A stretch of DNA of 64,000 bases from a virus (Duplodnaviria; Caudoviricetes), in the IMG/VR virus record IMGVR_UViG_3300006217_000025, positions 1 through 64,000 of that record; one strand, written 5' to 3'. Position 1 is the stretch's first letter. The number at the start of each line of letters is the position of its first letter. The position numbers were made by a program, and so were the translations under genes. Shown in pieces: positions 58,877 to 64,000 of the stretch. The notes below the pieces were generated by a model, which saw only the letters and a list, made by a program, of their open reading frames with translations, ran no database searches and was not told the origin of the DNA.

Positions 58877-59058
58877 TGAATATAAGGTTTTACAAATGAT
58901 AAGAGGCTCCGCCTCTTATCACACCCTTCTGGATATAAGGAGGATTGTGACCAGAAGACAGCAGGACGACAGGAGTCGCAGCTGCCTCGGGCGGTTCGGA
59001 TTCTTACAGAATCCTCACAATATCTTAAAGAAAAACACCAGGTAAAACATTATATTTA
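58877..59058 (+). ncRNA. Structured ncRNA closed by a terminal inverted repeat; candidate RT template
   Basis: 58877-58893 pairs with 59042-59058 (one mismatch, one G-U); perfect 11-bp hairpin TGATAAGAGGC-TCC-GCCTCTTATCA (58897-58921); further stems at 58927/58951 and 58998-59014; GC content far above the flanks. Confidence 0.75.
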
Positions 59059-59082
59059 TTAAAATTTGAAAGGAGCAAGATT

Positions 59083-59730
59083 ATGGTTAATTCGGTTTCA
59101 GAATTTCGGAAGAGAATAGGGGTACATATTACCACAAGGCATAATGGTAAAATGGAAGGGATGCACTCTTTGAGTACAAGTTGTTTAAAAAACAATTTCT
59201 GTAAAGAACGCTCAAAAAACAAAGCCTCTATTTGCTCACATTGTTACGCTAGTAGGCTATTGAAAATGTATAAAAATACAGAATATTGTTTAAGCAAGAA
59301 CACCGACATTCTAACAAAAAAAGTGCTAATCGAAGAAGAATTACCAATATTAAATGTTTTATACTTTAGATTAGAAGCATTTGGAGATTTAATCAATACA
59401 ATGCAAGTATTGAATTATTTTAACCTATGCAATAAGAATCCTCAAACAAGATTTGCAATTTGGACTAAAAATCCACAGTTAATTGAACAAACTATTCATC
59501 AAGGACACCGAAAACCTCAAAATTTAAATGTGGTTTTGAGTAGTCCTTTTTTAAATAAAGAGATAAAGAATAAATATGATTTTGTTGATGTTATTTTTAC
59601 AGTGTATGACAAAGAAACAATTGACAAAGAGAAAATTTTAATCAATTGTGGTGACAAGAAATGTTTAGAATGTCTGAAATGTTATAAAAAGCATGAAGAC
59701 TTAATTTATATAAATGAAAAAATTAAATAA
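59083..59730 (+). CDS. Gp88-like Cys-cluster protein
   Basis: C-x4-C...CSHCYA, YFRLEAFGDL, FAIWTKNP, NCG..KCLECLKC. Confidence 0.7.
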   Translation: MVNSVSEFRKRIGVHITTRHNGKMEGMHSLSTSCLKNNFCKERSKNKASICSHCYASRLLKMYKNTEYCLSKNTDILTKKVLIEEELPILNVLYFRLEAFGDLINTMQVLNYFNLCNKNPQTRFAIWTKNPQLIEQTIHQGHRKPQNLNVVLSSPFLNKEIKNKYDFVDVIFTVYDKETIDKEKILINCGDKKCLECLKCYKKHEDLIYINEKIK

Positions 59731-59743
59731 AGGAGGGCTAAAT

Positions 59744-60265
59744 ATGAAAAAAACACTTGAACAATTAATTTCAGAGGTTAAACAAGATATGTCAATTGCT
59801 TTGTTGCCATTTGATGATGCAGTTCCTATCGTATTGAACCCTAGGTTAACCCGAGTTTTAGGAAGAGCAAAACATAGAGGAGAAAAAAATATTGTAGTTG
59901 AAATTGCGAAGAATGTCTATGAATTAGCCGATGAACAAACAATTAAAAATGTTATTTGCCATGAATTATTACATACAGCTTTTCCTTTAGACGGGCATTT
60001 AGGACAGTGGAAATTTTATGCGAATAAAGCAAATATCTTAATGCCAAAATATAATATTACGAGATGTAATACAGATAAAGAATTATATAAAAGAAGGCAC
60101 AAATGGTATAAGGTAAAGTGCTTAAAATGTGGAGAAACATGGGAAACACACAACAAGACCTGTGTCAAGTATCCAGAAAGATACTATCATGTAACATGTG
60201 GTGGGAATTTAACAATATTAGATGAGAAGGGAAAACAAAATGACAAACGAGGAAAGAGTAAATAA
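59744..60265 (+). CDS. SprT-like zinc metalloprotease
   Basis: RLTRVLG...VICHELLH...GHLGQWK, C-terminal CxxC...H-x2-C; AAGGAGG RBS. Confidence 0.8.
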   Translation: MKKTLEQLISEVKQDMSIALLPFDDAVPIVLNPRLTRVLGRAKHRGEKNIVVEIAKNVYELADEQTIKNVICHELLHTAFPLDGHLGQWKFYANKANILMPKYNITRCNTDKELYKRRHKWYKVKCLKCGETWETHNKTCVKYPERYYHVTCGGNLTILDEKGKQNDKRGKSK

Positions 60266-60914
60266 ATTTAGAAACGAAAAAATCGCAGTAAACTGCAAAA
60301 CAGAGGAAGAAGCAAAATCATTTATAGAGTGGTGCTATGAAAATGGAATTGAATGGGGGATTCCAGAGTTAGATGAAACACATTCAACTTGCTTTCGTTA
60401 TTATAGGAATGAAACATGTTATGCCTTTGGTTTTGATGGAGACATACACTTGGGATATGGCTCTAAACATTTTCACGAAGAAGAAGGCTATGAAGTCATA
60501 ACATACAAAGACTTCATGAAAGAAAAGAAAATGACTAATTTAGAATATTATGTTTCAAAAGGTTTAATCAACGAAGGTGCTATGTTATGTGTTGGCGCTC
60601 ATATTTGCAAATACGATGGTAAGTGTCATGATAAAGAGTGTTATAAATGCGAATTTAATAATGATGTAAATTTATGTGTTAAAACATTGCTTGAAGAATA
60701 CAAAAAGCCTATCAAATTAACAAGGTTTGAGTTTGATTACCTAGATGTTTTGAGAGAATACAATAATCCAAACGATGAATTTAGTATATATTTCTGTGAT
60801 TGCGTAAAAAAAAGCAAAGGATATTTTAAAGGCATTACAGATACATCTATGACAATTCAAGAAATCTTAGATAATTGTGAAATTGTGGTTGATGATTATG
60901 ATTTTGGAGAGTAA
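60240..60914 (+). CDS. Hypothetical two-module phage protein
   Basis: IAVNCKTEEEAK module plus a C-terminal Cys-rich module. Confidence 0.7.
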   Translation: MTNEERVNKFRNEKIAVNCKTEEEAKSFIEWCYENGIEWGIPELDETHSTCFRYYRNETCYAFGFDGDIHLGYGSKHFHEEEGYEVITYKDFMKEKKMTNLEYYVSKGLINEGAMLCVGAHICKYDGKCHDKECYKCEFNNDVNLCVKTLLEEYKKPIKLTRFEFDYLDVLREYNNPNDEFSIYFCDCVKKSKGYFKGITDTSMTIQEILDNCEIVVDDYDFGE

Positions 60915-60927
60915 AGGAAAATGAATA

Positions 60928-61266
60928 ATGAAAATGGAAAATAAAATTTATAGCCAATGGGCATTTACTGAAAACGAAAGAGAAAAAGCAAGAATTAATA
61001 GAGAAATTTATAATGAATTAAAAACAAAATATAGAGTTTATAGACACGATTTAAAACAAGATTTAAAAGATAAAGTAGATGTAAACTTTGATGAATATGA
61101 TGTAGTTATCGGTAGAAGTGCTTGCTATCTTCATGGAGAATATACAGTATATAAAAATGCACCAAAATTAAGTGATGATGAGTTAGCATTGTTATGTGAT
61201 AGTGGAAATTTATGTTTTGGGTATAAAAAAAGTGGTGTTAATGAATTTTATGTATATGAAGATTAG
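60928..61266 (+). CDS. Hypothetical protein (LALLCDSGNLCFG family)
   Basis: ORF track. Confidence 0.7.
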   Translation: MKMENKIYSQWAFTENEREKARINREIYNELKTKYRVYRHDLKQDLKDKVDVNFDEYDVVIGRSACYLHGEYTVYKNAPKLSDDELALLCDSGNLCFGYKKSGVNEFYVYED

Positions 61267-61280
61267 AGGAGTGATGAAGA

Positions 61281-61505
61281 ATGACAATTTTATTAGCAAA
61301 TGGTGAATTTGCATATATCACTGATATTTGTAATTGTGAGGATTGCAAAGCAAGAGGGGAAGTAGAATTTATAGTTGTTGATGAAAATCATGAACTCTTA
61401 GATTACCTTAAATATCATGAGTTGAAAGATAAATCAATTGTTAGTCATTACAATCCAAAAGATTTATGTGAGTTGTTTCATAGAAAGTTGATTGGAAAGG
61501 TGTGA
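61281..61505 (+). CDS. Hypothetical protein (CNCEDCKARG)
   Basis: AGAGGAG RBS. Confidence 0.7.
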   Translation: MTILLANGEFAYITDICNCEDCKARGEVEFIVVDENHELLDYLKYHELKDKSIVSHYNPKDLCELFHRKLIGKV

Positions 61506-61512
61506 GTGAAGA

Positions 61513-61794
61513 GTGAATAGTGCAGAATTTAAACATTTCAAACTTCATGCAGACAGTACGCTAAAAAGCATGACAAAAGATGAATTGGTTAGTTATATTC
61601 ATATGTTATATCACAATTGGGGTGTTGTTGATGAGAGATTGTGTAATGGTATTGATTATAGTCGCAAACTTGATAAAGCACTAGATAAAGCGTGTGAAGA
61701 ATTAGTAAGGGCTTATCCATGCGGTGTCAATAGGTGTAATACTAATTGTCATAAAGAAAGTTGGGAAGAGTGGTTGATGAAAAATGACTATTGA
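61513..61794 (+). CDS. Hypothetical protein
   Basis: ORF track. Confidence 0.65.
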   Translation: MNSAEFKHFKLHADSTLKSMTKDELVSYIHMLYHNWGVVDERLCNGIDYSRKLDKALDKACEELVRAYPCGVNRCNTNCHKESWEEWLMKNDY

Positions 61795-62710
61795 TGTGCT
61801 TGATAACGAGCTAATTCTGTTTGATCGATTAAATGTCATTAGAGATGTTGTTGAAAAATATAGTGAAGACAAATTCTATATCTCTTTCAGCGGGGGCAAG
61901 GACAGTACGGTACTTCATTATTTATTTGATGAAGCATTGCCAAACAATACAATACCTAGAGTATATTGTGATACGGGTATTGAGTACAACGATATAAAAG
62001 AATTTGTTTATGAACTGTCTAAAAATGATGATAGGTTCATCATTTTGAAGCCTAGTCAGAATGTGAAAGCCATGCTTGAAAAACATGGTTATCCATTCAA
62101 AAGTAAAGAACATAGCCATATTTTAGCGGTCTACCAAAATAGTGGTAAAACCAAAACGGTGGATAAATATTTATCAGGAATAAGGATAAAGAACGGAAAA
62201 GAAACTGAAACCTCGTTTAAGTGTCCTAAAATTCTTGCTTATCAATTTAACCAGGATTTCAAAATTAAAGTTAGCGATAAGTGTTGTAAGAGATTTAAAA
62301 AAGAGCCATTTAAAAGCTATGAAAAGCAGAGTGGCAGAAACATCTATATAACAGGAATGCGGAAATCAGAGGGCGGATATAGAAACAACATAAATTGCAT
62401 CGTTTATGACAATGACAAGCAAGTTAAAAAATTCCACCCTTTATCAAACGTTAATGACGAATGGGAAGATTGGTACATTCAAAAAAGAGGCATACAACTT
62501 TGCAAGCTGTATTATCCACCGTTCAATTTTAAAAGAACGGGGTGCAAGGGCTGTCCGTTTTCATTAAACCTACAAGAACAATTAGAAGTAATGGCAAGGT
62601 TATTACCGAATGAAAGAAAACAATGCGAAATGATATGGAAACCGATTTATACGGAGTACAGAAGACTTGGCTATAGACTTGCTGAAAATGAGCAAATAAA
62701 AATTTTTTAG
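61784..62710 (+). CDS. PAPS reductase-family (adenine nucleotide alpha hydrolase) protein
   Basis: ISFSGGKDSTVL PP-loop, CDTGIEY, SDKCC, GMRKSEG, RTGCKGCPF. Confidence 0.85.
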   Translation: MTIDVLDNELILFDRLNVIRDVVEKYSEDKFYISFSGGKDSTVLHYLFDEALPNNTIPRVYCDTGIEYNDIKEFVYELSKNDDRFIILKPSQNVKAMLEKHGYPFKSKEHSHILAVYQNSGKTKTVDKYLSGIRIKNGKETETSFKCPKILAYQFNQDFKIKVSDKCCKRFKKEPFKSYEKQSGRNIYITGMRKSEGGYRNNINCIVYDNDKQVKKFHPLSNVNDEWEDWYIQKRGIQLCKLYYPPFNFKRTGCKGCPFSLNLQEQLEVMARLLPNERKQCEMIWKPIYTEYRRLGYRLAENEQIKIF

Positions 62711-62723
62711 AAAGGAACTAGAG

Positions 62724-63353
62724 ATGAAAATACACAATAAAAAATTGATTCAGCCTTATTTTGATGATGTTTGGAACGGAAATAAAACATTTGAGATAAG
62801 GAAAAACGACTGTGATTATCAAATTGGGGATTTTCTAATTCTTCATGAATTGACAAATGAAACAATACAAATAGAAGGTAAAAAATTATACAGAATTAAG
62901 GCTTTGATTGATTTTGGTGATGTAAAAGCTGGAGATTTAGGCGGTTTTATAGAAAAAGAAAGTAATTTAAGCCATCTTGGTAGCGCTTGGATATATGATG
63001 ATGCTAAGGTGTATGGCAACGCTGAGGTGTATGGTAACGCTTGGATATATGATGACGCTGAGGTGTGTGGTAACGCTAGGGTGTGTGATGACGCTATGGT
63101 GTGTGGTAACGCTATGGTGTGTGATGATGGTGATTATGCATGTGTTAAAGGTTTTGGAACGGAATATAGAAACACCACGTTTTATAAACAGAAAAATGGA
63201 AGTGTTGGTGTGAATTGTGGGTGTTTCACTGGCACATTAGGGGAGTTTAGAAATCAGGTTAAAAAAACAAGAAAAGGGAAAATTGAAAAAGAATATTTGA
63301 TGATAGCTGATTTAATAGAATATCATTTTGCAGAAGAAGGAGAGGGATTATAA
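62724..63353 (+). CDS. Chimeric protein: DUF3850/ASCH N-terminus fused to a hexapeptide-repeat phage protein
   Basis: YFDDVWNGNKTFEIRKNDCDYQIGD then ELTNETIQ...LYRIKAL...GDLGGFIEKESNL and A-x-V-x-G-N repeats. Confidence 0.75.
   Translation: MKIHNKKLIQPYFDDVWNGNKTFEIRKNDCDYQIGDFLILHELTNETIQIEGKKLYRIKALIDFGDVKAGDLGGFIEKESNLSHLGSAWIYDDAKVYGNAEVYGNAWIYDDAEVCGNARVCDDAMVCGNAMVCDDGDYACVKGFGTEYRNTTFYKQKNGSVGVNCGCFTGTLGEFRNQVKKTRKGKIEKEYLMIADLIEYHFAEEGEGL
62985..63128 (+). repeat. Eight 18-nt coding tandem repeats (hexapeptides)
   Basis: Units like GCTGAGGTGTATGGTAAC / GCTATGGTGTGTGATGAT. Confidence 0.9.
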
Positions 63354-63634
63354 TAACAAAGGAAGAGTTAGAACAATACGTGCCGTTGAAGAAATGGAGA
63401 ACAGAGGCTATTAGAAATAATAGAAAAGAGGAAATTGCTATATTGGAAGAAAGAATGAAAGCCATAGAAAAGGCGATTTCAACAACATCATCTAATGTAG
63501 ATGTTTATAGAGCGCTACATTACAGGTACATATTAGGGATGGAGTTAAAGGCGATTGCAAAAAAAACAAACTTCTCTATTGCGACAGTTAGCAGAAATTT
63601 GAAAAAAGGTTTAAAGATGATAAACCATGCGTAA
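63350..63634 (+). CDS. ArpU/sigma-region-4-like HTH regulator; probable ATA start overlapping the upstream TAA
   Basis: GAAGGAGAGG RBS then ATA ATA ACA AAG GAA GAG TTA (xITKEELEQY); C-terminal HTH YRYILGMELKAIAKKTNFSIATVSR. Confidence 0.65.
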   Translation: MITKEELEQYVPLKKWRTEAIRNNRKEEIAILEERMKAIEKAISTTSSNVDVYRALHYRYILGMELKAIAKKTNFSIATVSRNLKKGLKMINHA

Positions 63635-63720
63635 CGTTTGCATGGTATCATATAGGTGCAGTCATGGAATTGCACCTCTTTCTTTTTAATTTTATAAGGT
63701 GGATAAAATCCACCGAATAA

Positions 63721-63796
63721 GGCAGGGTGGAGCAGAAGGAAGCTTATCAGTCTTATTAGCTGAGGGTCGCAGGTTCAAGTCCTGCCCCTGCAACCA
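63721..63796 (+). tRNA. Initiator (fMet)-type tRNA body with UAU anticodon
   Basis: G1.A72 mismatch, G2-C71, C3-G70, A11-U24, A73, T arm GCAGG-UUCAAGU-CCUGC as in Bacillota tRNA-fMet; anticodon loop CU-UAU-UA. Confidence 0.75.
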
Positions 63797-63847
63797 TTTA
63801 ATTTACCATGCTTCATAGCATGGATTTTTTTGAAAGGAATTAAAGAA

Positions 63848-63979
63848 ATGATAGAAAAAATGTTAGCGATCAAAAGGGAAATATATACAACGGATTCATG
63901 GAAGCGTAGAAATGATTTACAGAAGCATTTAGATAGCTTAGAAAAAGAATGGTTTAAAAACAAGAAGGTGATAAAATAG
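63848..63979 (+). CDS. Small hypothetical protein (43 aa)
   Basis: GAAAGGA RBS, ATG; MIEKMLAIKREI...SWKRRNDLQKHL. Confidence 0.6.
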   Translation: MIEKMLAIKREIYTTDSWKRRNDLQKHLDSLEKEWFKNKKVIK

Positions 63980-64000
63980 CTAGACCAAAAAAAGAAATTG
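63976..64000 (+). CDS. 5' end of a gene starting at ATA (MARPKKEI...), truncated by the window edge
   Basis: AAGAAGGTGA RBS; ATA overlaps the upstream TAG (ATAG); ARPKKEI is a typical phage protein N-terminus. Confidence 0.5.

Noticed and set aside
58860-59045. 61-aa ORF in the track
   Set aside because: TTG start without an RBS, Arg/Ser-rich, and coincides exactly with the structured RNA.
62985-63128. CRISPR-like array (also considered for the 15-nt repeats at 49889-50038)
   Set aside because: No spacers; in-frame degenerate coding repeats.
56151-63353. Diversity-generating retroelement (RT plus the repeat-containing gene as target)
   Set aside because: The RT has QG rather than the DGR SQ motif; no TR/VR pair of about 100 nt differing only at adenines was seen; the 18-nt repeats are tandem coding repeats with non-A differences.
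41359-64000. Genome-wide TAG reassignment (genetic code 15)
   Set aside because: Many intact genes end in TAG immediately before the next RBS or start (e.g. 44503, 49517, 55049, 56148, 61266), long genes have no internal TAG, and no CUA tRNA was found; internal TAGs are confined to decaying genes.
1-64000. Prophage boundaries, integrase or host genes
   Set aside because: No recombinase, att core or housekeeping operon was seen; HU, NifS and the tRNAs lie within a phage-style operon, so lifestyle and host cannot be assigned from this window.

Overview
The whole window is part of a large, AT-rich tailed-phage genome (Siphoviridae-type morphogenesis module, SPbeta-like gene order, Bacillota-type AGGAGG ribosome-binding sites). 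No host DNA, integrase or att site is visible. Positions 1-38.9 kb (minus strand) hold the following, read in transcription order from right to left: HTH proteins, a YonO-like single-subunit RNA polymerase, HU, a DUF2828/vWA protein, a cysteine desulfurase, a tRNA cluster with several non-canonical tRNAs and a candidate large ncRNA, then terminase, portal, protease/scaffold, capsid, head-tail and tail genes, an RNA ligase, two small morons and a >2280-aa tape measure gene that runs off the left edge. From 39.4 kb to the end (plus strand) is a dense early/accessory region of small ORFs. It contains a type II hammerhead ribozyme, several decaying genes, a PAPS-reductase-family gene and an initiator-like tRNA with a UAU anticodon. 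Two things stand out. (1) A reverse transcriptase that is neither DGR, group II intron nor canonical retron type, followed by three ORFs and a 182-nt structured RNA closed by a 17-bp terminal inverted repeat, plus a separate relic of a second RT copy 3 kb upstream. (2) At least three genes whose most plausible start is AUA, two of them flanking an fMet-type tRNA whose anticodon is UAU. Family assignments come from motif recognition only; no searches were run.
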